A stretch of DNA of 64,000 nt from Anaerolineae bacterium. GTDB lineage: Bacteria; Chloroflexota; Anaerolineae; UBA4142. Made by a program: the position numbers and the translations under genes. The notes under the pieces are model-generated. The model saw only the letters and a list, made by a program, of their open reading frames with translations, ran no database searches and was not told the origin of the DNA. The DNA lies in NCBI GenBank assembly GCA_034433515.1, contig DAOUAL010000102.1, positions 64,556 through 128,555 of the forward strand, in the 5' to 3' direction. Below, piece by piece: positions 1 to 9,262 of the stretch; the first letter of the stretch is position 1; every line of letters starts with the position of its first letter.

Positions 1-1343
1 TCCAAACGAACCAGAAACAAATTTTCGCGCCACAAATAATCGAGCATCTCTCTGCCATCACAGCGCCCGGTAACCGCATCGCAGAGTGAGCCGGTTAGAT
101 TTTTCAGCACCGCCGTTTCAAGCAAAAATTCCTGTACAGAAGGCGGCTGGCGATACAAAATACTTTCGATGAAAAATTCGCGGAGATACCGCTGAGTTGC
201 CTCAAAGGTTGCCCAAGGCGATTGATCATTCATACGATTCATCGCGAGCATCGCCAAGGTGAGACCCGCCGCCCAGCCCTCGGTGCGTTTGATGATCGCT
301 TGCATCTCGCTATACGCCATCGGCTGACTCTGCGAGAGATAACTGATGCCCTCCTCCAACGTAAAGCGCAGATCATCGGTGCTCAACTCGGCGACCATCC
401 CGCGCACCCGCAAATGTCCTACGTCGAGTGGAGGTCTGATCCGACTGCTGATGATCAGTTGCAAGGTGGTCGGCAAATGCGCAAGCCAGGTTTGTAATGA
501 AGCGTGAATCGCTGGATCGTGAATGTGGTGATAGTCATCAAGCACGAGGGCAAAACGGGAGGGTGCGTTCGGTGCGTCATTCGCACACACCAGCGCATTG
601 GTGAGGTTCACCACGATCTCGTTCAAATCGGCCGAAGAAGGTGTGCGCAGTGGCAAATGCGAGTCTTGGCCCAGGTGGGGAAAAATCGTTTGCAAGGCGG
701 CAATGATCATTGACCAAAATCGAAGCGGCTGATTATCGTCTGCATCGAGCGAGACCCACGCGACGGGGATGCCACATTTTTGTCGCCATTCGTTGAGCAA
801 GGTGCTTTTGCCAAAACCACTGGGCGCGATCAGCAAAGTAATCGGCGCATTGATTCGTTGCGTCAGGCGAGGACGAGCAACCAGTTTTGGGGGCAAGGCA
901 GGCGGACGAATTTTGGTGAGCGGCAAATATGCCAAGCCGGCTTCGGTTCGTTCGCGGGCGGGGACCAGATCAGAAGCCATCGGCGAGCGAGTCCGATCGC
1001 GCGTGGTTTGTCCCGCCAATCGCACGCATGCTTGCTCCAAGCGTTCGGCGGTGAGTTCGTTCGCTTTGCCCAAATACGTTTTGGCAAGTTTGCCGGCACG
1101 CCAACAATAGCCATACCAATAAGGTTGACCACGGCGCATTTCGCGGCGTGCCGTCAAGTGCCCCGCGTTGCCGCGAAAGACAAACGTCGCATGCTCCGCC
1201 AGCCACGCGTGCCAGCGCCGCGAGCCAATTTGGATGGCGGCCTCGTTGGTCACGAGCAAATTGCCTTGCCCGATTGGTCGAGTGCGCCTTTGCACCTTGC
1301 CCTCCGACGACAAATTGGAACTTGGTCTTACCCAACACCCCAA
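1..1343 (-). CDS. MalT/LuxR-type STAND (AAA) ATPase transcriptional regulator, N-terminal ~445 aa only (gene runs off the left edge)
   Basis: Absent from the ORF track because it is open at position 1. My minus-strand translation is uninterrupted from ~1343 to 1. It reads ...FRGNAGHLTARREMRRGQPYWYGYCWRAGKLAKTYLGK...PPKLVARPRLTQRINAPITLLIAPSGFGKSTLLNEWRQ (Walker A, ~801-830)...LVLDDYHHI (Walker B)...EGWAAGLTLAML. No ATG lies near the 5' end. Candidate starts are TTG 1343, TTG 1313 or GTG 1295. Confidence 0.65.
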   Translation of the reverse strand, partial: MGCWVRPSSNLSSEGKVQRRTRPIGQGNLLVTNEAAIQIGSRRWHAWLAEHATFVFRGNAGHLTARREMRRGQPYWYGYCWRAGKLAKTYLGKANELTAERLEQACVRLAGQTTRDRTRSPMASDLVPARERTEAGLAYLPLTKIRPPALPPKLVARPRLTQRINAPITLLIAPSGFGKSTLLNEWRQKCGIPVAWVSLDADDNQPLRFWSMIIAALQTIFPHLGQDSHLPLRTPSSADLNEIVVNLTNALVCANDAPNAPSRFALVLDDYHHIHDPAIHASLQTWLAHLPTTLQLIISSRIRPPLDVGHLRVRGMVAELSTDDLRFTLEEGISYLSQSQPMAYSEMQAIIKRTEGWAAGLTLAMLAMNRMNDQSPWATFEATQRYLREFFIESILYRQPPSVQEFLLETAVLKNLTGSLCDAVTGRCDGREMLDYLWRENLFLVRL

Positions 1344-1494
1344 ATTCTACCCCTGTTGGGTAAGTTGTCAAACTCATCAATACCCCCAAACCGCGAAAAA
1401 TCCTCCAAACGAATGATACCCCCTCTCGCCATTTGGGTTTATCCTCAAACTGCACATCGTTTCCTCCACGCTAGCGTAATGGTGCGTCATATAT

Positions 1495-1514
1495 TTGCGA
1501 GACATTCATCGCAA
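1495..1514. promoter_or_regulatory. Palindrome TTGCGA-N8-TCGCAA between the divergent regulator and the fadD-like gene; candidate operator
   Basis: Read directly: ttgcga gacattca tcgcaa. It ends 5 nt before the AAGGAGG RBS (1520-1526) of the ATG at 1532. Confidence 0.2.
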
Positions 1515-1531
1515 TCTGCAAGGAGGCAGAA

Positions 1532-3238
1532 ATGGAACGACCCTGGCTCAAGTTTTACGAACCCGGCGTTCGCGCGCACATTGATTATCCCCCGCGCCCG
1601 ATGCATGCCTTCCTCGAAGATGCTGCGCGCGAAGCACCTACCACCACCGCAACGATTTTTGGCGGCGTCGTCAGCGGTGAACTCCTCGATGCAAAACTCT
1701 CGTACCAAGAATTGAACGATCTCGCCAATCGTTTGGCAAACGCGCTCGCGTCGCTTGGGGTCAAGAAAGGTGATCGCGTCGCGCTCTACTTGCCGAACTG
1801 TCCTCAGTACATCATCTCTTATTATGCGATCCTCAAACTGGGCGCGCTTGTCGCACCGAACAATCCGATGTACGTCCCGCGTGAATTGGAATTTCAACTC
1901 AACGATTCCGGTTCCGAGACGATCATTTGTCTCTCACGCTTGTATCCCTACGTCCGAATGGTGCGCCCCAACACGAAACTCAAGCACGTCATCGTAACGA
2001 GCATCAAAGAGTACTTGCCGCCGAAACTCAAAGCGATTTTTGAACAATTCGTCGAAGAAAAAGAAGGACATCGCGTTACGATTGGCGCGGATGAGCATTG
2101 GTTCCAAGAGGTGATCGCCAACGCGCCGGCAACCCAACCCCGTGTGGATGTGAAACCAGAAGATACAGCAGTGCTGTTGTACACTGGCGGTACGACCGGC
2201 GTGCCCAAAGCTGCTGAGATCACGCACCAGAACGTTGTCGCCAATGCGTTCCAGTGCAAAGAGTGGGTAGCGAACGTACCCAAGGATCGTCCCGATGCCA
2301 CCATCGTGGCATTGCCGCTCTATCACTCGTACGCGATGACGGTGTGTATGAACAATGCTGTCTTGCAACGTATGCCGATGATTCTCATTCCCGACCCGCG
2401 CAACCTTGAACATTTGCTCAAATCCATTGATCGCCATCAACCGACGTACTTCCCGGGTGTGCCCACGATGTACACCGCCATCATCAACTATCCTGAGGTG
2501 AGCAAGTACAACCTCCGCTCGATCAAGGCATGCTTGAGCGGTGCAGCACCCTTGCCGGTCGAAGTGCAAACCAAGTTTCAGCAAATGACCGGCGCGCGCC
2601 TCATCGAAGGGTACGGCCTCTCGGAAGCGACCCCGGTGACACACGACAATCCGCTCTTTGGCGAAAATCGCATTGGGACAATCGGGGTGCCATTCCCGGA
2701 CACGGACGCGAAAATCGTGGACGTGGAAACCGGCGAAAAGGAATTGCCGCCGGGTGAACCGGGCGAATTGATCGTCAAGGGTCCGCAAGTGATGAAAGGT
2801 TACTGGAATCGCCCAGATGAAACGCGCTATGCCTTGCGCAATGGCTGGCTCTACACCGGCGACATTGCTGTGATGGACGCAGATGGTTATTTCCGTATCG
2901 TGGATCGCAAGAAGGATATGATTATTGCCGGTGGCTACAACATCTATCCACGCGATGTGGAAGAAGTGTTGTATCAGCATCCCCAAATTTTGGAAGCCGC
3001 CGTGGCGGGTGTTCCCGACGCCTATCGCGGCGAGACGGTCAAGGCGTACGTTGTTCTCAAACCGGGACAGACTGCCACCGCCGATGACATTATCGCGTTC
3101 TGCCGTGAGCGGCTCGCGGCATACAAAGTCCCTAAACTGGTCGAGTTTCGGGATACGCTGCCCAAGACGATGATCGGCAAAATTTTGCGCCGGCAATTGG
3201 TTGCCGAAGAGCAAGCCAAAGCCGCGAAGCAAGGATGA
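1532..3238 (+). CDS. fadD: AMP-forming acyl-CoA synthetase (FadD family)
   Basis: 568 aa with RBS AAGGAGG. AMP-binding signature YTGGTTGVPKAAEITHQN, and later GELIVKGPQVMKGYW and TGDIAVMDADGYFRIVDRKKDMI. Confidence 0.9.
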   Translation: MERPWLKFYEPGVRAHIDYPPRPMHAFLEDAAREAPTTTATIFGGVVSGELLDAKLSYQELNDLANRLANALASLGVKKGDRVALYLPNCPQYIISYYAILKLGALVAPNNPMYVPRELEFQLNDSGSETIICLSRLYPYVRMVRPNTKLKHVIVTSIKEYLPPKLKAIFEQFVEEKEGHRVTIGADEHWFQEVIANAPATQPRVDVKPEDTAVLLYTGGTTGVPKAAEITHQNVVANAFQCKEWVANVPKDRPDATIVALPLYHSYAMTVCMNNAVLQRMPMILIPDPRNLEHLLKSIDRHQPTYFPGVPTMYTAIINYPEVSKYNLRSIKACLSGAAPLPVEVQTKFQQMTGARLIEGYGLSEATPVTHDNPLFGENRIGTIGVPFPDTDAKIVDVETGEKELPPGEPGELIVKGPQVMKGYWNRPDETRYALRNGWLYTGDIAVMDADGYFRIVDRKKDMIIAGGYNIYPRDVEEVLYQHPQILEAAVAGVPDAYRGETVKAYVVLKPGQTATADDIIAFCRERLAAYKVPKLVEFRDTLPKTMIGKILRRQLVAEEQAKAAKQG

Positions 3239-3262
3239 ATGGGACGCGGATAAAACACGGAT

Positions 3263-3346
3263 TGTCATCGCGAGGAGCGCTTTGCGCGCCGAAGCCATCC
3301 CCGATGCCGAGTTGGGGATGCTTTGCACAAACCGCTTGCCATGACA
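3263..3346. repeat. Imperfect palindromic intergenic element, family A (TGTCATCGCGAG...CGAAGCCATCCCC / GGGGATGC...ATGACA)
   Basis: The arms begin TGTCAT and end ATGACA. A second copy lies at 11649-11742. It sits between the fadD stop and livH. Confidence 0.6.
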
Positions 3347-3386
3347 TTCATCCACGTTCTACTCCGGTTGAAGGAGGGAGGCAAGG

Positions 3387-4271
3387 GTGTCTCTTCTGGA
3401 ACTACCCTGGGCTCAACTCATCGTCAATGGTCTTGCGCTGGGAAGTCTGTACGCGCTCGCGGCATTTGGCATTGTCCTGATTTTCAAGACGACCGAGGTC
3501 ATCACCTTTGCGCAAGGCGAGATGGCAATGTTCTGCGCGTTCATCGCATTCACGCTCATCACCGCGCTGCATTTGCCATTCTTGATTGCCTTTGTGCTCA
3601 CGCTCCTCTTTGCGATTGTGCTCGGCGCGATCGTCGAGCGCGTGGTAATTCGGCACATCAGCGCCAAGTCGCATATCAACGCGGTCATCGCAACGGTCGG
3701 TCTGGCGCTCGTGTTGCTTGGCGTGGCGGGCTGGCTGTGGGGTTACGAGGTGCGCGCGTTTCCAACGCCCGTGGCTGGTCCGCCGTTTCGCGCGGGCACT
3801 ATTGTGCTGAGCCAAATCAACGCGCTGATTCTCGGCGTAACGTTGGGGCTGATGATACTTTTGTTTGCGTTCTTTCGCTATAGCGTGATTGGCATCGCGA
3901 TGCGTGCCGTGGCGCAGAATCGGTTGGCGGCGCAATTGATGGGAATCAACGTCAATCGCATCAACGCCATCGGCTGGGGCTTGGGGACTGCGCTGGCGGC
4001 AGTGACCGGCATTCTCATCGCGCCGCTGAATTACCTCGATCCAATGATGATGGGGGATGTCATGCTCAAGGCATTTGCCGCCGCCGTGCTAGGTGGATTC
4101 ACGAGTATGCCGGGCGCCGTGGTCGGCGGATTGTTGTTGGGTATTATTGATAGTCTCGTGGGATTCCTAGTCCCCGAACTGCGAACGACCATCGCTTTTC
4201 TATTGATTGTTCTCGTGCTCGTCGTTCGTCCCAGTGGATTGCTGGGCCAGTCCGAAATCAAAAAAGTGTAG
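3387..4271 (+). CDS. livH: Branched-chain-amino-acid-type ABC transporter permease (LivH family)
   Basis: 294 aa polytopic membrane protein. It starts MSLLELPWAQLIVNGLALGSLYALAAFGIVLIF, typical of LivH, and is first in the livHMGF order. Confidence 0.9.
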   Translation: MSLLELPWAQLIVNGLALGSLYALAAFGIVLIFKTTEVITFAQGEMAMFCAFIAFTLITALHLPFLIAFVLTLLFAIVLGAIVERVVIRHISAKSHINAVIATVGLALVLLGVAGWLWGYEVRAFPTPVAGPPFRAGTIVLSQINALILGVTLGLMILLFAFFRYSVIGIAMRAVAQNRLAAQLMGINVNRINAIGWGLGTALAAVTGILIAPLNYLDPMMMGDVMLKAFAAAVLGGFTSMPGAVVGGLLLGIIDSLVGFLVPELRTTIAFLLIVLVLVVRPSGLLGQSEIKKV

Positions 4272-4281
4272 AGGTTGGTCA

Positions 4282-5277
4282 ATGCGTCAAGCGGTGCAAT
4301 GGGGCAGTCGCGCAAGGGTGCTTTACACGCTTGGAGTACTCGCGGCATTTGGCCTGCCCTCGTTGCTGGGTTTCATTCCCAACATTCCACTCGGCTATGT
4401 CCTCTATCTGGTCTCGCTCGGTTTGATTTACGCCATCGTTGCCCTTGGTCTCAATTTGTTGTTCGGTTACGCCGGGCAATTTTCGCTGGGACACGCTGGC
4501 TTTTTTGCGATTGGCGCGTACATCTCGGCGATCCTCACCGCGCGTGCCGGCGTACCCTTTGTCATCGCGCTCATCGCCGCTGGTTTTTTCACCGCCGCGA
4601 TTGGTTTTCTACTTGGCTTGCCAGCATTGCGTTTGACTGGTCTCTACCTCGCTATTGCAACCCTGGGCTTTGGTTTAGCCATTCCACAACTAGTCCTCTG
4701 GTTTAGAGATTGGACCGGCGGCTCGATGGGCTTGCACAATTTACCGCTCGCCTCGATTCCGCCGATTGTGTTCAAAACCGATCAAGACTATTACTATCTC
4801 GCGCTGAGCGTTTTGATTTTGATGACGATCTTGGCGCACAACATCGTCAACAGTGACACCGGGCGCGCGTTCATCGCGATTCGCGACAGCGAGATCGCCG
4901 CGCGCGCGATGGGCGTCAACCTTCTGCGTTACAAGACAACTGCCTTTGCGCTCAGCGCATTCTACGCCGGCGTTGCCGGGAGTTTGTACGCGCATCTGCT
5001 TCACGGCATCAGCCCCGAAGATTTCACCGTCTTTCTCTCGATTGATTTTGTAACGATGGTGGTGCTAGGTGGCTTGGGTTCGGTGAGTGGCGCATGGTAC
5101 GGCGCGTTTCTGCTGACGCTGTTGCAAAACTCGCTCACGCGCCTGCCCCTTGTGAGCGAATTCAAAAATTTGTTCATCGTCGTCCTGGGTGTCATTCTGA
5201 TTCTGACCGTTTCGTTTTTCCCGCGCGGGATTGCCGGCGCGATCCAAAATCTACGCCGACGTCTGTCCCAAGGATGA
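4282..5277 (+). CDS. livM: ABC transporter permease (LivM family)
   Basis: The track ORF starts at 4207, inside livH. ATG 4282 (MRQAVQWGS...) lies just after the livH stop. Contains GLNLLFGYAGQFSLGHAGFFAIGAY. Confidence 0.85.
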   Translation: MRQAVQWGSRARVLYTLGVLAAFGLPSLLGFIPNIPLGYVLYLVSLGLIYAIVALGLNLLFGYAGQFSLGHAGFFAIGAYISAILTARAGVPFVIALIAAGFFTAAIGFLLGLPALRLTGLYLAIATLGFGLAIPQLVLWFRDWTGGSMGLHNLPLASIPPIVFKTDQDYYYLALSVLILMTILAHNIVNSDTGRAFIAIRDSEIAARAMGVNLLRYKTTAFALSAFYAGVAGSLYAHLLHGISPEDFTVFLSIDFVTMVVLGGLGSVSGAWYGAFLLTLLQNSLTRLPLVSEFKNLFIVVLGVILILTVSFFPRGIAGAIQNLRRRLSQG

Positions 5278-5286
5278 TCCTAGCCA

Positions 5287-6066
5287 ATGACTCAACCGCT
5301 CCTCGAAACCAAAAACTTGACCATCCACTTTGGTGGACTCGTCGCGGTGGATCGCTTGGATATGGTGGTTCACCCGGGCGAGATTGTCGGTTTGATCGGG
5401 CCGAACGGCGCGGGCAAGACGACGGTCTTTAACTGTATCAGCCGTTTTTACACACCCAATCGCGGCACCATTTATTTTCAGGGACACGACATTACGCACG
5501 TTGCAGCGCACGAAATCATTCGACGGGGCATCGCACGCACATTTCAAAACGTCGAACTGTGTCGCAGTATGACCGTCATGCAAAATTTGTTGCTGGGACA
5601 ACACGTCCGAATGCGCGGCGGCGTGATCCGCGATGGCTTGCGTCTGCCCGGCGCAAACCAAAGCGAAAGCGAAGCAATGGCACGCGCAGATGAAATCCTC
5701 GCCTTGCTCGGGTTGACTCCCTATCGCAATCACATCGCTGCGGCGTTGCCGTTCGGCTTGCAAAAGATGGTGGAACTAGGACGCGCACTCGTTGCACAGC
5801 CGTTGTTGCTTTTGCTCGACGAGCCGGCGGCAGGAGCGAATGGACGCGAGACGCAGGGGCTAGCGGAATTGATTCGGCGTCTTCGCGAGCAATTCAACTT
5901 GAGTATCTTGGTTGTTGAGCACGATATGACGTTTGTGATGGGACTGTGTGAACGGATTTACGTGTTGGATTTTGGACGCAAGATCGCCGAGGGGACGCCG
6001 GCAGAAATTCGCAACAATCCGGCGGTGATCGAAGCGTATCTCGGCGAATCTGGGTTCGTCGTTTGA
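5287..6066 (+). CDS. livG: ABC transporter ATP-binding protein (LivG family)
   Basis: Walker A GPNGAGKTT, signature LPFGLQKMVELGRAL, Walker B LLLLDEPAAG. Confidence 0.9.
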   Translation: MTQPLLETKNLTIHFGGLVAVDRLDMVVHPGEIVGLIGPNGAGKTTVFNCISRFYTPNRGTIYFQGHDITHVAAHEIIRRGIARTFQNVELCRSMTVMQNLLLGQHVRMRGGVIRDGLRLPGANQSESEAMARADEILALLGLTPYRNHIAAALPFGLQKMVELGRALVAQPLLLLLDEPAAGANGRETQGLAELIRRLREQFNLSILVVEHDMTFVMGLCERIYVLDFGRKIAEGTPAEIRNNPAVIEAYLGESGFVV

Positions 6067-6071
6067 GAGCC

Positions 6072-6791
6072 ATGCCGCCACGACTACTTTTGCAAGTCAA
6101 CGAAATCCAAGTGTATTACGGACGCGTGCGCGCGTTGCACGAGGTCAGTCTTCAAGTTACACCCGGCACTATCGTCGCGTTGTTGGGCGCGAACGGCGCA
6201 GGCAAGACCACCACCTTGCGCACAATTTCCGGCATCCTGCATCCCACCCATGGCTCAATCGAATTTGATGGCAAGCCCATCGAGCGACGAGACCCTGATC
6301 AACTCGTCCGCTTGGGCATCGCGCATGTGCCTGAAGGACGCCAAATTTTTCCCGCTCTCACCGTGCGCGAGAATCTGCGCTTGGGTGCCTACACACGCCA
6401 AGATGCGCATGCCATCGAAGAAGATTTGCAACGCGTCTTTCACTATTTTCCACGTTTGCGCGAACGCTTGAATCAAAACGCTGGCACATTGAGCGGTGGT
6501 GAACAACAAATGCTCGCCATCGGTCGTGGGCTAATGTCCAAGCCGCGCTTGCTCTTGCTCGATGAACCCTCACTCGGTTTGGCGCCGCTCTTGGTCAAGG
6601 AAATTTTCCACATCATCGCCGATATTCGCGCGGCGGGAACGACCGTGATTCTCGTTGAACAGAACGCCCATATGGCACTCCAAATCGCCGATTATGCGTA
6701 CTTGCTTCAGAACGGGCGCATCATCTTGAGTGATTCGAGTTCGAATCTGCGACAACGAGAGGAGGTGAAACGCGCATATCTGGGACATTGA
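6072..6791 (+). CDS. livF: ABC transporter ATP-binding protein (LivF family)
   Basis: Walker A GANGAGKTT, LSGGEQQMLAIGRGL, LLLLDEPSLGLAP. The track start, TTG 6063, overlaps the livG stop. ATG 6072 is the first ATG. Confidence 0.9.
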   Translation: MPPRLLLQVNEIQVYYGRVRALHEVSLQVTPGTIVALLGANGAGKTTTLRTISGILHPTHGSIEFDGKPIERRDPDQLVRLGIAHVPEGRQIFPALTVRENLRLGAYTRQDAHAIEEDLQRVFHYFPRLRERLNQNAGTLSGGEQQMLAIGRGLMSKPRLLLLDEPSLGLAPLLVKEIFHIIADIRAAGTTVILVEQNAHMALQIADYAYLLQNGRIILSDSSSNLRQREEVKRAYLGH

Positions 6792-6865
6792 GAGATCAAC
6801 CCATTAGACTTGTCAGGTTTGGGAAACTTGTCTGGACATCTCAAACCAAGGAAGGAGAAGAAAAA

Positions 6866-8203
6866 ATGAAACGTCAAAAAATTACGCAAGTCATCGTGGG
6901 ATTCGCGATTTTGGGCGGGCTGATTTTGACAGCGTGCGCCCCGGCACCCACAGCAACGCCGGTTCCGCCAACACCCGCGCCGCCCACCGCTACCCCCGTG
7001 CCGGCAACCAAGCCGCCGGCTCCAACGATCGCGCCCACGATCGCCCCCACGACCGCACCAACAACCGCGCCCACCGTCGCCCCGACCAAACCGCCGGTGG
7101 CTGTTCCCGGCGTGACCGACACGGAAATTGTCATTGGGAACTGGGGACCGCAAGATGGACCGGCGGGCGCGTATGGCGTGATCGCGCGTACGATTGGCGC
7201 GTATTTCAAAAAAGTGAACGATGAAGGCGGCATCAACGGTCGCAAGATTCGTTACATCTACGAGAATGATTCGTATCAACCAGCCAAGACGGTTGCCGTC
7301 GTCAAGAAACTGGTTGAGGAAGACAAGGTCTTTGCAATCGTCGCCGGACTGGGCACGGCGAACAATCTGGCGGTGATGGACTATCTGGTGCAAAACAATG
7401 TCCCCCACGTGGCACCGGCAACCGGCAGTAGCGCAATGGCGGTGCCGCTCAAGAAGAATGTCTATGCGCTGCAACTCAACTATATGACCGAAGCCACCTT
7501 GCTCACCCAGTATGCCCTCGACAAAGGCGGCGCAAAAAAGATCGCGGTGTTCTATCAAAATGATTCGTTTGGGCAAGAAGGACTCGATACGATCAACGCC
7601 GAACTGAAAAAACGCGGCTTGACCCCTGCGGTCGGCGTTTCGTACGAAGCCGCTGACACCAACTTTGCCTCGCAAGCGCTCAAATTGCAAACGAGCGGCG
7701 CAGACACGGTGATTCTCTGGGCGGTTCCCAAACCGGGCGCCTCCATCATCGCCGAAATGACCAAGATCGGCTACCAACCCAAGTTGCTCGCCTCCGCTGT
7801 GATCAACGATCCGTCCATCTTTCAACTCGCTGGTCCTGGCATCGAAGGGCTTGTCATTCCCGCTTGGATTCCGGCGTACGATGATCTCACCAATCCCAAG
7901 ATCGTCGAGTACCAAGAATTTATGAAAAAGTACGCGCCCAACGAACAGATCGGCGGATTCTCGCTCAGCGGTTATTGCGAGGCGATGGTGATGGTCGAAG
8001 GGTTGAAACGGGCTGGCAGAAATCTCACGCGCGAATCGTTTATGCAAGCAATGGACTCGATGCAAAACTATACCGGTTCGCCACTACCCAACGTCAGTTA
8101 CAGCCCGACCGATCATGCCGGCGTCAAGACCGCCTATCTCCAAAAAGCGGATGCTAAAAATGCGCGGTGGGTTACCTTTACCGATTGGATGACGGTCAAA
8201 TAG
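6866..8203 (+). CDS. Periplasmic-binding-protein type I substrate-binding lipoprotein (LivK-like) of the ABC importer
   Basis: ATG 6866 follows GGAAGGAG. Signal plus lipobox LILTAC, then a ~55-aa Pro/Thr/Ala linker whose DNA holds a 12-nt repeat (ATCGCSCCCACG-like) at ~7027-7086. The body is Leu/Ile/Val-binding-like (GPAGAYG...VVKKLVEEDKVFAIV). Confidence 0.85.
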   Translation: MKRQKITQVIVGFAILGGLILTACAPAPTATPVPPTPAPPTATPVPATKPPAPTIAPTIAPTTAPTTAPTVAPTKPPVAVPGVTDTEIVIGNWGPQDGPAGAYGVIARTIGAYFKKVNDEGGINGRKIRYIYENDSYQPAKTVAVVKKLVEEDKVFAIVAGLGTANNLAVMDYLVQNNVPHVAPATGSSAMAVPLKKNVYALQLNYMTEATLLTQYALDKGGAKKIAVFYQNDSFGQEGLDTINAELKKRGLTPAVGVSYEAADTNFASQALKLQTSGADTVILWAVPKPGASIIAEMTKIGYQPKLLASAVINDPSIFQLAGPGIEGLVIPAWIPAYDDLTNPKIVEYQEFMKKYAPNEQIGGFSLSGYCEAMVMVEGLKRAGRNLTRESFMQAMDSMQNYTGSPLPNVSYSPTDHAGVKTAYLQKADAKNARWVTFTDWMTVK

Positions 8204-8216
8204 TTCACGTTCGTAT

Positions 8217-8251
8217 GAGGCTTGTCAGGTTTGAGTAATCTGACAAGCCTC
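8217..8251 (+). repeat. 12-bp perfect hairpin GAGGCTTGTCAG-N11-CTGACAAGCCTC after the SBP stop (family B core GTCAGGTTTG)
   Basis: Read directly. No U-tract follows, so it is more REP-like than a canonical terminator. Related cores lie at 6812-6827 and 14878-14894. Confidence 0.5.
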
Positions 8252-8364
8252 AAGAATGGACGCTTGGATCAACCAGTAAGCAAGATCATAAAAAACGAAA
8301 CATCGCATTGCCACGAGAACGAGACTCTTCGCTTCGCTCGGACAACGGAAGGGTGGGCAGAAAA

Positions 8365-9156
8365 ATGAATTACGAATTTATCAAGGTCGAAAACAAAGAC
8401 CATCTCACTATCATCACCATCAATCGTCCCCAAGTGATGAATGCCTTGCATCCGCCCGCACACCAAGAACTAGACGATGCGTTTAATCGCTTTGCCGATG
8501 ATCCCGATGCCTGGGTTGCCATTCTCACCGGCGCCGGCGACAAGGCGTTCTCCGCCGGCAACGATTTGAAATGGCAAGCACAGCATGGCGGCGAAGCACT
8601 CCATCAAGCATTGCAAAAACTCAAAGGCGGTTTCGGCGGCATCACCTTTCGTTTCGATCTCTTCAAACCGGTCATTGCCGCCGTGAATGGTCTCGCGCTC
8701 GGCGGCGGATTCGAGTGTGCGCTTGCGTGTGACATTATCATCGCGGCAGAAAATGCTTCGTTCGGCTTGCCCGAACCGACCGTCGGGATGATCGCCGGCG
8801 CGGGCGGCGTGCATTATCTTCCGCGCGCAATTCCGTTTCACCTAGCGATGGGAATGCTGCTCACCGCACAGCGCATTTCGGCGCAGGAAGCGTTGCGAGT
8901 GGGCTTGGTCAACCAAGTTGTGCCGCTCGATCAATTGATGGCAACCGCCGAAGCGGGGGCGGAAAAAATCCTGGCGTGTTCGCCGCTTGCGATTCGCGCG
9001 ACCAAAGAAGCTGCGCTCAAGGGCTTGGCCATGCCGTTGGAGCAAGCCGCACGCACGCGCTTTCCCAGCCAAGTGGCGTTGTATCAATCCGAAGACTTTA
9101 TCGAAGGACCCAAAGCGTTCGCGGAAAAACGCAAGCCGCAGTGGAAAGGCAAGTAA
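8365..9156 (+). CDS. Enoyl-CoA hydratase/isomerase (crotonase) family protein
   Basis: MNYEFIKVENKDHLTIITINRPQVMNAL...LTGAGDKAFSAGNDLK...AAVNGLALGGGFECALACDIIIA. ATG 8365 is chosen over the upstream track start 8308. Confidence 0.85.
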   Translation: MNYEFIKVENKDHLTIITINRPQVMNALHPPAHQELDDAFNRFADDPDAWVAILTGAGDKAFSAGNDLKWQAQHGGEALHQALQKLKGGFGGITFRFDLFKPVIAAVNGLALGGGFECALACDIIIAAENASFGLPEPTVGMIAGAGGVHYLPRAIPFHLAMGMLLTAQRISAQEALRVGLVNQVVPLDQLMATAEAGAEKILACSPLAIRATKEAALKGLAMPLEQAARTRFPSQVALYQSEDFIEGPKAFAEKRKPQWKGK

Positions 9157-9262
9157 AGTGGCAGGTGACGGCTGACCAGAGGAGTAAAAAGTAAAACGTA
9201 AAACGTGAGACCTCGCATGTCCAATGCCCCTTGGCACCCGACACATTTTTCAGGAGGAAGCA

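Noticed and set aside
780-1715. 311-aa + strand ORF (and 769-1110, 970-1455) covering the first 1.7 kb.
   Set aside because: It is out of frame or antisense to the MalT/LuxR-type regulator, whose Walker A, Walker B and N-terminal motifs read cleanly on the minus strand. Its composition is not protein-like, and it would run through the fadD promoter and RBS.
1934-3355. Long antisense ORFs opposite well-supported genes, e.g. 1934-3355(-) 473 aa, 6707-8065(-) 452 aa, 10146-11321(-) 391 aa, 15471-16385(-) 304 aa, 55094-56590(-) 498 aa, 58548-59396(-) 282 aa, 12721-13344(-) and 42244-42759(-).
   Set aside because: Their translations are Arg/His/Gly-rich with no recognisable motifs. The opposite strand carries textbook motifs for FadD, the SBP, AbfD, ACAD, NuoF, FdhA, thiolase and BFN. 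These are typical shadow ORFs of GC-rich coding DNA.
6728-6750. tRNA T-arm-like string GTTCGAATC (gagttcgaatctgcg).
   Set aside because: It lies inside the livF coding frame with no acceptor, D or anticodon arms around it. No tRNA-like cloverleaf was found anywhere in the window.
9157-9262. Short direct repeat GTAAAAC-GTAAAAC-GTGAG in the crotonase/dehydrogenase intergenic gap, considered as a regulatory or repeat element.
   Set aside because: There are only two and a half 7-nt units, with no second copy in the window and no associated hairpin. That is too little to call.
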